Origin: Octopus sinensis
Taxonomy: Eukaryota
Direction: 5' to 3'
Assembly: GCF_006345805.1 (NCBI RefSeq)
Contig: NC_043013.1
Coordinates: forward strand, 25,296,001 to 25,360,000
DNA: 64,000 bases
The position numbers and the translations under genes were made by a program. Below the pieces are notes generated by a model. It ran no database searches. It saw only the letters and a list, made by a program, of their open reading frames with translations, and was not told the origin of the DNA. Every line of letters starts with the position of its first letter. Position 1 is the first letter of the stretch. Below are positions 1 through 11,045 of the stretch, one piece after another.

Positions 1-1868
1 GAGGCATATTTTCTACAGTTGGATGCTCTTCCTGTCACCAAACCTCACCTGTATCCAAATAAGGTGATATTTCCCCATGGCCAGATATGTTTCCAAAGAA
101 TATTGGAAATGAATGACACTGCTTGTATGACAGTGATACTCCTTTACATCCTTCAAGTGATGTCAAGACAAGGATGGGGGTACACACACACTGAAATTCT
201 TTCTGTTTCCACCTACCAAATTTATTCACATAGCTTTGGTCATCTTGGGACTATAGTAGAAAGTGACCAAGGTGCCACACAATGAAAGTGAAACTATTGG
301 AGACAAATTAGAAGTTAGCTTGAGACACACAAATAGAAGTAGATATGTCCTATCAAAGGCAGTGATTAACTTAATGTTCATTGATGATATTGGGTTATAT
401 CAGGAGAAATATATAAAACACAAGAAGTGTTAGGGAGGGAAACCAAGGAATTTAGTCTCTTCATTAATAATAAGAAAATGCAACTGATGTAATTAATTCA
501 TAATGAGCGAGATCTAGTGATCATTAACTCAAAATCTAGACTGCAACTAAAAGTCATTGATATTTTCAAATATTTTTGGCTGTCACTGCCGTCATTGTCG
601 TTTAGTGTCTGTTTTCCATGCTGGCACAGATTGGATAGTTTGACTGAGGTCTGGAGAGCCAGCGGCTGCACCAGGTTCCAATCTGATCTGGCAGTGTTTC
701 TACAGCTGGATGCCCTTCCTAATGCCAACCACTCCGAGAGTGTAGTTGGTGCTTTTTACATGCCACCGGCACATGAGCCAGCCAGGGGATAGCTGAAATG
801 TTTAGCAGGAATAAAAAAAAAATGTAAGAACAACAATTGCGAGGTAAGTATGTCCTAAACTGTCAAAAACCTAGAAGTTGTTCTTGAAGAAAAGTATTAA
901 GATCAGACTCTTGCCAATAACAATGTAATTTCACACAAACACACACAGATGCTACAAAAACAACTAAATAGAATATACACCTACAATTAACATCATCATC
1001 ACCATCACCAATTAAAATCCGTTTTCTGTGTTGACATGGGTCAACAGAAGCTGGCAAGCCAGAGGACTGTGCCAAGCTCCACTGTCTGCTTTTCCTAACA
1101 CCAACCACTTCACAGAGTGTACTGGGTGATCTTCATATAGCACCAGCACCAGTGAGGACACCCATTACCTTGTAAGACAAAGACCCCTCAACTGAGAGGG
1201 GTGGTGGTGGTATTGAGGGAGGTGGCTTTGTGCCAGATGATGAAGTGGGGACAGAAACAGGTGACTTGCTGCAGTGGAGATACACGGCTATGGACTGAGG
1301 CAAGAGTTGAAGATGTGTTTGTTTGGTCTGACTAATAGATCAGCTGAAATGAGATGATGTATATACACAGCCAAAGTTCATTTTGTGACCTTAAACTCCA
1401 TACTACTCTCTCTTTATCTAAATTTTATACATGTAGCCAATCAAAATACGTCCTCTGACAAACAATCCTACTTGAAATATTTTTTATTCCAAACTTGAGG
1501 CTACATCTGGTTATAAATCAAGCAAAATTAAATTATACATATTTAATTTAAACCTTCAGAAATATGACTTGCATAGTTTCCTTCTATTAAATGTTGCCTT
1601 AATTTAATCTATAGACTAGCATGACTTTCAATTGGCTATGCTGGTGCCACATATAAAGCACTGGTGTCACATAAGAAGCAGCCAGTACAGTCTGGTGTTA
1701 GGAAGAGCATCCAGCATAGAAAACATGCCTAAAAAGATAACTGGAGCCTGAAGCAACTTTTACGCTTGCCAGCTCCTGTCACACCATCCAATCCATGCCA
1801 GCATGGAAAATACATGTTAAATAATGATAACGATGATGATGATGATGCTCAAATAAAATGTAACATAC

Positions 1869-2007
1869 CAGGTACATGAAACACACTGCCATTATAGAGA
1901 TTAGTAGACCAAAGAAACCTTCCAGTATTCTCAGTCCTGCATTTTCCAGGAATAAAAAAGTGAATGTGTCCAAACCAGTGATTAAAACACCGCCCCATAT
2001 TGGAACC
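1869..2007 (-). CDS. Nramp: NRAMP/SLC11A transporter coding exon (TM4-TM5 region)
   Basis: Translates (L)[46 protein letters not shown], homologous to DMT1 [40 protein letters not shown]. Polypyrimidine-CAG acceptor, GTATGT donor. 139 nt, phase 2 start matches the preceding exon. Confidence 0.95.
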
Positions 2008-2706
2008 CTGAGAAAGAAAAAAAAGCCCATAATTACAAAGGTGTTAAAAACATACAGTTGTACACAAATAAATATGTGTATGCAGTTACATATGTGAGTG
2101 CCTATCTATCTGGAAATAGCTATATTCTGTATGCAAACACTAAGAATGTTCTCTCTTTTCTCTCAATTCTTATATTATTAACATTCTATGAAAAGAAAAA
2201 GAAAACAAAATACATTCCTTGAATTTCCCTCAGAATATAATTGTTTTCAGCTTTAACCCTTTTGATACCAATCTGCCTGACATCACCCTTAAGCATTTGG
2301 TACAAATTTCCTATCTTAAATGATTTAAATTAAAATCTGCCACCAAAACTTCATGTTTACTCACTTTCCAAACAACAACATAACAATGGCAGTGCATTTC
2401 AAGAGAAATTTAGTAACAAAAGGGCTGATATAATGTCTCACTTCATAAAATCTTTATTTAACTAATAAATAACAGGTTAAATCATGCTGACCATTTCTAA
2501 AGAGAACGAAATAGTGCTATACATGATTACCACCAATTAGAAACTGAATTTTGTAATAAAAATAAGTTAAATATGTGAATTCTATATATCTTTTGCTTAT
2601 AATTCCTTAATTTCAAAGTCTGATTTTTAATCCTGCCTCAAATTATAAAGAAATGATTATTTCCCTTCTAATAGCTGCCAGCTCTAGGGAAACTATGTGT
2701 GCATAG

Positions 2707-2757
<51 letters not shown>

Positions 2758-2779
2758 TGTGTGTGTGTACATATATATA

Positions 2780-3641
2780 GGGTGCCATTTTATATTTCTA
2801 ATTTTGTGCATGAACATTGTTTTTGATTTTGTCGACTACATAGTATAGTAGGGTCAGTTGGGCACTATCTGTGAAAAAAACAACACCATGATGCAATTCA
2901 CTCTGCTAGAAATTTGGAAACAACATGCTGTACTGCTTGCCATTAGTGCTGGAAGTTCTAATACAAATTGATGGTGAACACAACCATTGGCTTGTGATGT
3001 CCCTAAAATATGTACAGAGAGTGATAAAAATCAAATATCCAGTCAACAGCATGGTGTTTGGAATGATCACTAGTGATGGCAATGCTATGCCTCCAGTCAC
3101 CTTCTCACATGGCCTCAGACTCAACATGGAGGCCTACATCAAGCGCCTGGAAGAGGTAGTGCAGCTCTGGGTGAAAGATGGTGGCTGCTGGAAGACCCTA
3201 TGTTTGGCAACAGGTCTCTGCACCATGCCACACAAGCAGAAGAACACTGACATGGCTGTCAGACATTTTCTGCAACCACATCACCCCTATCATCTGGTCA
3301 CCTAACTCCCCAGACTGGATCTCCCTTTATTATTATGTGTGGGGTGCAGTTGAGCAAGAGACCAACAAAACTCCTTCTAACACCAAAAATGAACTGAAGG
3401 CAAGAATTATGGCAGCTTTCACCAACTTAAATAAGGAAACCATCCAGAAGAGTTACAGGAGATTTTGAAGCCGTTTGGAGGCTGTGGCTGAAGCCAATGG
3501 CAATTTTATTGAATAAATTTACTCTTTAATATTTCAAGGTATTTTTATGTAATTTTGCTAAATATATCTGTTAAAATGAGATGTCAGTGTTATTTTCATT
3601 TTTGTGTAATTTAGACGACAGTTTATTCACTGCAACCTCTG
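2780..3641 (+). pseudogene. Decayed DD37D (maT-type) Tc1/mariner transposase fragment
   Basis: Overlapping ORFs 2925-3305 and 3178-3468 give MVFGMITSDG...WQQ(V)SAPCH...WSPNSPDWISL(Y)YYVWG. There are 37 residues between the positions of the second and third catalytic Asp, both mutated. Frameshifted. Confidence 0.8.
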
Positions 3642-4020
3642 TGTGTGTGTGTATGTATATGAATATCAAAATGGAACAAAAACGCAACAGAGGGCATTAA
3701 AACATTCGGACAGATAGAGACACAAAGGTGGACAAGAGAACAACAATAATATATAAGTCACCCGTATAGTTAACCAGGTGATACACGAAGGAGTCATACC
3801 CAATGACTGGTGTAGCAGCATAATAGTCAACTGCTACAAAGGTAAAGGCGATGCCCTAGATACAAATAACTACAGGGGCATCAAGCTGTTGGATCAGGTA
3901 ATGAAGGTTACGGAGAGGGTTATAGCCCAGTTAATTAGAGAGAGAGTTAGCTTAGATGATATACAGTTTGGGTTCGTGCCAGGGAAAAGTACTACTGATG
4001 CTATATTCCTGGTAAGACAG

Positions 4021-4977
4021 GAATATAGACAAAATAGATGAACATCAATGGAATTTGTATCTTGTGGTACCAGTGCCTGTGGCACACAAGAAATCCATCA
4101 GTGCCGTAGTCAGTGCGGTGGGCACATGACAAACACCATCCGATCGTGGCCGTTCGCCAGCCTCATCTAGCACCTGTGTCGGTGGCACATAAAAACACCA
4201 TCCGAAGACCCGGCAAGACTAGTCAGGCCATAACCCATGGCCCCTACCTGGGACGTAGTCAGTCCACCTGTGCATACCTTCCTTCTTGTGACACTTGTGA
4301 AGACCTGTTGAGGCAAGTGAAAATCAAAATCAAAATCAAATCAAAACAAATCAAAATAGATGAACATCAATGGAATTTGTATCTTTGTGGTACCAGTGCC
4401 GGTGGCACGTGGCACATAAGAAAACCATCCGAACGTGGCCGTAGCCAGTACCGCATCGACTGGCCTCCGTGCTGTGGGCACGTAACAAGCACCATCCGAT
4501 CGTGGCCGTTTGCCAGCCTCATCTGGCACCTGTGTCGGTGGCACATAAAAACACCAAAACACCATCCGAGCGTGGCCGTCTGCCAGCCTCGTCTGGCACC
4601 TGTGTCGGTGGCACATAAAAACACCATCCGAGCGTGGCCGTCTGCCAGCCTCGTCTGGCACCTGTGTCGGTGGCACATAAAAACACCATCGAGCGTGGCC
4701 GTCTGCCAGCCTCGTCTGGCACCTGTGTCGGTGGCACATAAAAACACCATCCGAGCGTGGCCGTTTGTCAGCCTCGTCTGGCACCTGGTCGGTGGCACAT
4801 AAAATCACCCACTACACTCTCAGAGTGGTTGGCGTTAGGAAGGGCATCCAGCTGTAGAAACACTGCCAGATCTGACTGGACTGGTGCAGCTTTCGGGCTC
4901 CCCAGACCCCAGTTGAACCGTCCAACCCATGCTAGCATGGAAAGCGGACGTTACATGATGATGATGATGATGATGAT
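4021..4977 (+). mobile_element. 5'-truncated copy of the same LINE's 3' end inserted into the RT ORF
   Basis: Flanked by a GACAG duplication (4016-4020 and 4978-4982) and ends in an (ATG)n tail. Colinear with 7678-8610. Confidence 0.88.
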
Positions 4978-4982
4978 GACAG

Positions 4983-6254
4983 CTGCAGGAGAAATACCTA
5001 GCCAAAGGTAAGCCCTTGTACCTGGCTCTTGTTGACTTAGAGAAAGCCTTTGACAGGGTCCCCCGATCCCTTATCTGGTGGTCAATGAGGAAACTAGGGA
5101 TAGATGAATGGTTAGTGAGAGCTGTGCAAGCCATGTACAGAGACGCAGCTAGTAAGGTGAGGGTTGGCAACGAGTATAGTGAAGAATTCCGGGTAGAGGT
5201 TGGGGTCCACCAAGGTTCAGTCCTCAGTCCCCTCCTATTTATCATAGTCCTCCAGGCAATAACGGAAGAATTTAAGACAGGATGCCCCTGGGAGCTCCTA
5301 TATGCTGATGACCTTGCTCTAATTGCTGAGTCACTATCAGAACTGGAGGAGAAGTTTCAGGTGTGGAAACAAGGATTAGAATCGAAGGGCCTTAGAATCA
5401 ACCTAGCCAAAACCAAAGTCCTAATAAGTAGGAAAGTGGACCAACCACAAACGACTTCAGGTAGATGGCCCTGCTCGATCTGTAAAAAAGGTGTAGGTAG
5501 AAACTCTATAAGGTGCACCAAGTGTAAGCTATGGACACATAAGAGGTGCAGCAATGTCAAAGGAAGGCTAACTAAGAAAATAGTTTTTGTCTGTGGCAGA
5601 TGCTCAGGAGAAATGAACACTGGAAATGTGCAGAGACCAACTTCTACCACGTTCCAGGGAGACAAACTAGAAGTAGTTGATAGCTTCCGCTACCTAGGAG
5701 ACCAAGTCAGTAGCGGGGGTGGGTGTGCTGAAAGTGTAACTGCTAGAGTAAGAATAGCCTGGGCAAAGTTTAGAGAGCTCTTACCCCTGCTGGTGACAAA
5801 AGGCCTCTCGCTAAGAGTAAAAGGCAGACTATATGATGCGTGTGTACGTACAGCCATGCTACATGGTAGTGAAACATGGGCCGTGACAGCTGAGGATATG
5901 CGTAAGCTTGCAAGAAATGAAGCCAGTATGCTCCGATGGATGTGTAATGTCAGTGTTCATAATCGTCAGAGTGTAAGTACTTTGAGAGAAAAGTTGAACC
6001 TAAGAAGTGTCAGTTGTGGTGTGCAAGAGAGACGGCTGCGCTGGTATGGTCATGTGACGAGAATGGCTGAAGATAGTTGTGTGCAAAAGTGCTACACCCT
6101 AGCAGTTGAGGGAACCTGTGGAAGAGGTAGACCCAGGAAAACCTGGGACGAGGTGGTGAAGCACGACCTTCGAACTTTAGGTCTCAACAAGGAAATGACT
6201 GAAGACCGAGTCCTATGGAAGTGTGCTGTGCATGAGAGGACCCAGCAGGACTAG
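4983..6254 (+). CDS. RTE LINE reverse transcriptase, C-terminal part, with an embedded PHD-like zinc finger
   Basis: Open frame LQEKYLAKGKPLYLALVDLEKAFD...YADD...CSIC...CTKC...H..C...CGRC...RGRPRKTW...QD*. In frame with 3757-4020 once the insertion and one TSD copy are removed. Confidence 0.9.
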   Translation: MQEKYLAKGKPLYLALVDLEKAFDRVPRSLIWWSMRKLGIDEWLVRAVQAMYRDAASKVRVGNEYSEEFRVEVGVHQGSVLSPLLFIIVLQAITEEFKTGCPWELLYADDLALIAESLSELEEKFQVWKQGLESKGLRINLAKTKVLISRKVDQPQTTSGRWPCSICKKGVGRNSIRCTKCKLWTHKRCSNVKGRLTKKIVFVCGRCSGEMNTGNVQRPTSTTFQGDKLEVVDSFRYLGDQVSSGGGCAESVTARVRIAWAKFRELLPLLVTKGLSLRVKGRLYDACVRTAMLHGSETWAVTAEDMRKLARNEASMLRWMCNVSVHNRQSVSTLREKLNLRSVSCGVQERRLRWYGHVTRMAEDSCVQKCYTLAVEGTCGRGRPRKTWDEVVKHDLRTLGLNKEMTEDRVLWKCAVHERTQQD

Positions 6255-8770
6255 TCAGGCCATATCCCGTGGCCCCTACCTGGGACGTAGTCGATCCACC
6301 TGTGCATACCTTCCTTCTTGTGACACTTGTGAAGACCTGCTGAGGCAAGTGAAAATCAATCAAAATAGATGAACATCAATGGAATTTGTATCTTGTGGTA
6401 CCAGTGCCTATGGCACACAAGAAAACCATCCGAACGTGGCCGTAGCCAGTACCGCATCGACTGGCCTCCGTGCTGTGGGAACATGGTGGCACATAAAAAC
6501 ACAATCCAAAGACCCGGCAAGACTAGTCAGGTCATAACCCGTGGGCCCTACCTGGGACGTAGTCAGTCCACCTGTACATACCTTCCTTCTTGTGACACTT
6601 GTGAAGACCTGCTGAGGCAAGTGAAAATCAAATCAAATCAAAATAGATGAACATCAATGGAATTTGTATCCTTGTGGTACCAGTGCCGGTGGCACACAAG
6701 AATCCATCCGAACGTGGCCGTAGTCAGTACCGCTTGTGGTACCAGTGCCGGTGGCACACAAGAATCCATCCGAACGTGGCCGTAGTCAGTACTGCATCAC
6801 TGGCCATTGTGCTGTGGGCACATAACAAACACCATCCGGTCGTGGCCGTTCGCCAGCCTCATCTAGCACCTGTGTCGGTGGCACATAAAAACACCTTCCG
6901 AAGACCCGGCAAGACTAGTCAGGCCATAAACCATGGCCCCTACCTGGGACGTAGTCAGTCCACCTGTGCATACCTTCCTCCTTGTGATACTTGTGAAGGC
7001 CTGTTGAGGCAAGTGAAAATCAAAATCAAAATCAAATCAAAACAAATCAAAATAGATGAACATCAATGGAATTTGTATCTTTGTGGTACCAGTGCTGGTG
7101 GCACACAAGAGAAAACCATCCGAAAGTGGCCGTAGCCAGTACCGCATCGACTGGTCCGTGCTGTGGGCACATGACAAACACCATCCGATCGTGGCCGTTC
7201 GCCAGCCTCATCTAGCACCTGTGTCGGTGGCACATAAAAACACCATCCGAAGACCCGGCAAGACTAGTCAGGCCATAACCCATGGCCCCTACCTGGGACG
7301 TAGTCAGTCCACCTGTGCATGCCTTCCTTCTTGTGACACTTGTGAAGACCTGTTGAGGCAAGTGAAAATCAAAACAAATCAAAATAGATGAACATCAATG
7401 GAATCTGTATCTTTGTGGTACCAGTGCCGGTGGCACACAAGAGAACCATCCGAACGTGGCCGTAGCCAGTTCCGCATCGACCGGCCTCCGTGCTGTGGGC
7501 ACGTAACAAACACCATCCGATCATGGCCGTTCGCCAGCCTCATCTGGCACCTGTGTCGGTGGCACATAAAAACACCTTCCGAAGACCGGCAAGACTAGTC
7601 AGTCCACCTGTGCATACCTTCCTTCTTGTGACACTTGTGAAGACCGGTTGAGGCAAGTGAAAATCAAATCAAATCAAAATAGACAAAATAGATGAACATC
7701 AATGGAATTGTATCTTGTGGTACCAGTGCCTGTGGCACACAAGAAATCCATCAGTGCTGTAGTCAGTGCGGTTGGCACATGACAAACACCATCCGATCGT
7801 GGCCGTTCGCCAGCCTCATCTAGCACCTGTGTCGGTGGCACATAAAAACACCATCCGAAGACCCGGCAAGACTAGTCAGGCCATAACCCATGGCCCCTAC
7901 CTGGGACGTAGTCAGTCCACCTGTGCATACCTTCCTTCTTGTGACACTTCTGAAGACCTGCTGAGGCAAGCGAAAATCAAAACAAATCAAAATAGATGAA
8001 CATCAATGGAATTTGTATCTTTGTGGTACCAGTGCCGGTGGCACGGGGCACATAAGAAAACCATCCGAACGTGGCCGTAGCCAGTACCGCATCGACTGGC
8101 CTCCGTGCTGTGGGCACGTAACAAGCACCATCCGATCGTGGCCGTTTGCCAGCCTCATCTGGCACCTGTGTCGGTGGCACATAAAAAACACCATCCGAGC
8201 GTGGCCGTCTGCCAGCCTCGTCTGGCACCTGTGTCGGTGGCACATAAAAACACCATCCGAGCGTGGCCGTCTGCCAGCCTCGTCTGGCACCTGTGTCGGT
8301 GGCACATAAAAAACACCATCCGAGCGTGGCCGTCTGCCAGCCTCGTCTGGCACCTGTGTCGGTGGCACATAAAAACACCATCCGAGCGTGGCCGTTTGCC
8401 AGCCTCGTCTGGCACCTGTGTCGGTGGCACATAAAATCACCCACTACACTCTCGGAGTGGTTGGCGTTAGGAAGGGCATCCAGCTGTAGAAACACTGCCA
8501 GATCTGACTGGACTGGTGCAGCTTTCGGGCTCCCCAGACCTCAGTTTAACCGTCCAACCCATGCTAGCATGGAAAGCAGACGTTAAATGATGATGATGAT
8601 GATGATGATTATTATTATTATCATTATTATTATCATTATTATCATTATTATCATTATCATCATTATCATTTTATCATATATATATATATATATATATTTT
8701 GAACTGGTCATGATGCATACGTGCATATATATGTAGGTATATGTTCGTATATGTAAGTATTCGTATGTTG

Positions 8771-8809
<39 letters not shown>

Positions 8810-9667
8810 GTTTATCTTCTGTGTGTATTCTACTGACGAGGCAAAGCATTCATAAATGCAAAGCCAGAAATCTGGATCTAGAATTATCCAGTAATTTTTA
8901 CTAGTTTCATCTTGTCTCTTTTGTTTTCTCTCCGTGTTGATATATGAACAATTTAGGTAGTTTTAAAGTCAGATCATGGCTGCTATTTTCAGCATGGTGG
9001 TATCTCGTAGATACCCTAATTTATAATTTTAATAATTATTACCTTTGAAGGTTATTTTTTGCATGCTGACCACTTGATAAAATTGTTATATTATTTTTAA
9101 ATTAATGATTTTATCCTTATTTTATATATATATATATATATATAATATATATATATAAGAGAGAGAGAGGAGAGAGAGAGAGACAAACACACACACACTC
9201 ATTTGTTTACTGGTTTCAACCATTAGACTGTGACCTTCCTGGGGTACTGCATTCAAAGGTTTAGTCAATGAAATCAATAACACTACTTGCTAAAATCTGG
9301 TTCTCATTTTACACCTTTTAGTTGTTGAACTGCTAAGTCACAGGATACAACATAAACAACACAGTTTTCAGTTCAGTAAACAAAATGCAAACATGGGCAA
9401 ATATATTCAGTCCTTACTACCTTGCCATCATCTGTCTTTATTGCTATCACTTTCTCTCTCTCTCTCTCACTCACTCACTCACTCAGTCATAGTACTTCCT
9501 CTCTTCTTTCAATACACTGCTTACACTGTTTCTCTTCACTCCCCTTGCCAACAATTATCATGTAGCTTTCTCTCTCTCTTCCATTACTCTTTCCTCTTTC
9601 ATCTCTCTCCCCTATCTCCCTCTCAGTCACTGCTTCTATCCAATCTCTTTATCATGACACACCCTAC

Positions 9668-10075
9668 TAGTGAAGACCTGTTGAGGCAAGTGAAAATCAA
9701 AATCAAAATCAAAATCGATCAACATCAATGGAAATTGTAGCTGTGATACCAGTGCCGGTGGCACATAAGAGAACCATCCGAACGTGGCCGTTGCCAGCAC
9801 CGCCCCGACTGGCCTCCGTGCCGGTGGCACGTAAAAAGCACCATCCGATCGTGGCTGTTTGCCAGCCTCGTCTGGCACCTGTGCAGGTGGCACGTAAAAA
9901 GCACCCACTACACTCACGGAGTGGTTGGCGTTAGGAAGGGCATCCAGCTGTAGAAACACTGCCAGATCAGACTGGGCCTGGCGCAGCCTTCTGGCTTCCC
10001 AGACCCAAGTTGAACCGTCCAACCCATGCTAGCATGGAAAACGGACGTTAAACGATGATGATGATCATCATCATA
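9668..10075 (+). mobile_element. Short RTE-3'UTR-type retroposon (abundant family)
   Basis: GTGAAGACCTGTTGAGGCAAGTG-(AAAATC)n-body-GGAAGGGCATCCAGCTGTAGAAAC-...-(GAT)n. Other diverged copies at about 590-790, 11365-11710, 13410-14160, 14525-14990, 16585-16900, 17945-18450, 18925-19215, 26950-27145, 28930-29130, 31440-31660, 34350-34710, 38000-38205, 41810-42065 and 59675-60240. Confidence 0.85.
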
Positions 10076-10644
10076 TAACTGATTATCATTTCTTCACTCT
10101 TTTATGAAGTTAACTTCTAACATCTTACTACTATCAGCCCAGTTCTCATTATTTTCTTGTCTTTCGTCCTGTCATTGCAGATCTTTTCCCAAATAGTCAT
10201 GTGGGAAAGAAAAAAATGAATGGGGACAATGCAGGGAAAATGGAACTCTCTTGCTAGGGGTGAGGCAACCCTCTGGGGATGATGAAGCGACAAATGGAGA
10301 CACTGTAGGAGGGGACTTTTTAATCTTGTCAAATAGAAGACAACTTTTTTAGTGCTGGTGCCACAATAAAATGAAACTATTACACTTTGTAACGTGGTGC
10401 ACAATAAGAAGGAAGGACATTTGGTCATAGAAACAAAAAAAAAAATTTCTAATGGTATATGCGAGTGAGATGTAATCCTTGACCTTCCTAAGAGAATAAT
10501 AACACTGACCAAGAACATTTTCCTTTATTTACAGTCACCTCAAGCAAGGTGTATTTTCTAGGCAGAAAGATCCAGGGAAAAGAAGTGTAGTATTAATGAG
10601 AGAAAAGAATCTATATAGACGCAGGTCTACACAAGCACAGTATA

Positions 10645-11045
10645 GGCGCAGGAGTGGCTGTGTGGTAAGTAGCTTGCTAACCAACCACATGGTTCCGGGT
10701 TCAGTCCCACTGCGTGGCATCTTGGGCAAGTGTCTTCTGCTATAGCCCCGGGCCGACCAATGCCTTGTGAGTGGATTTGGTAGATGGAAACTGAAAGAAG
10801 CCTGTCGTATATATGTATATATATATATATGTATGTGTGTGTTTGTGTGTCTGTGTTTGTCCCCCTAGCATTGCTTGACAACCGATGCCGGTGTGTTTAC
10901 GTCCCCGTCACTTAGCGGTTCGGCAAAAGAGACCGATAGAATAAGTACTGGGATTACAAAGAATAAAACCCGGGGTCGATTTGGTCGACTAAAGGCGGTG
11001 CTCCAGCATGGCCGCAGTCAAATGACTGAAACAAGTAAAAGAGAA
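10645..11045 (+). mobile_element. tRNA-derived SINE, family A (internal TA/TG microsatellite)
   Basis: GGCGCAGGAGTGGCTGTGTGGTAAG head with A/B-box-like motifs (GGTTCAGTCCC), CTTGGGCAAGTG core-like segment, GGAAACTGAAAGAAGCC-(TA)n, 3' end GGCCGCAGTCAAATGACTGAAACAAGTAAAAGA. Further copies near 12730-13190, 17780-17940, 20765-21140, 22015-22570, 28060-28220, 30440-30660(-), 30880-31020(-), 38940-39150, 53870-54510, 57335-57445, 58590-58760 and 59400-59590. Confidence 0.85.

Larger units (their letters stand above)
3757..8610 (+). mobile_element. 5'-truncated RTE-clade LINE with tandemly amplified 3' UTR and (GAT)n tail
   Basis: RT ORF 3757-4020 joined to 4983-6254 (NYRGIKL, QFGF, VDLEKAFDRV, GVHQGSVLSPLLF, LLYADD, YLG, MLHGSETW), then 3' UTR units to a (GAT)n tail at ~8588-8610. 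Antisense to NRAMP, inside its ~10.5-kb intron. Confidence 0.92.

Noticed and set aside
4113-4808. Overlapping 140-230 aa ORFs in both strands, repeated at 6369-8586 and 25599-26069
   Set aside because: They arise from the tandem 62-bp and 3' UTR units of the LINE and show no domain similarity.
6338-6360. CTG(C/T)TGA-GGCAAGT-GAAA in each RTE 3' UTR unit resembles a hammerhead core
   Set aside because: Position A6 is C or T, there is no P2 stem, and no P3/NUH or P1 partner follows. Not supportable as a ribozyme, though an Infernal search would settle it.
6240-8440. Repeat-spacer appearance resembling a CRISPR array
   Set aside because: The intervening segments are themselves repeated rather than unique spacers, there are no cas genes, and the context is eukaryotic.
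10645-10720. tRNA-like heads at 10645, 12290-12362, 17135-17218 and 57880-57950 as tRNA genes
   Set aside because: They have no complete cloverleaf and each continues into a SINE body, so they are SINE promoters.
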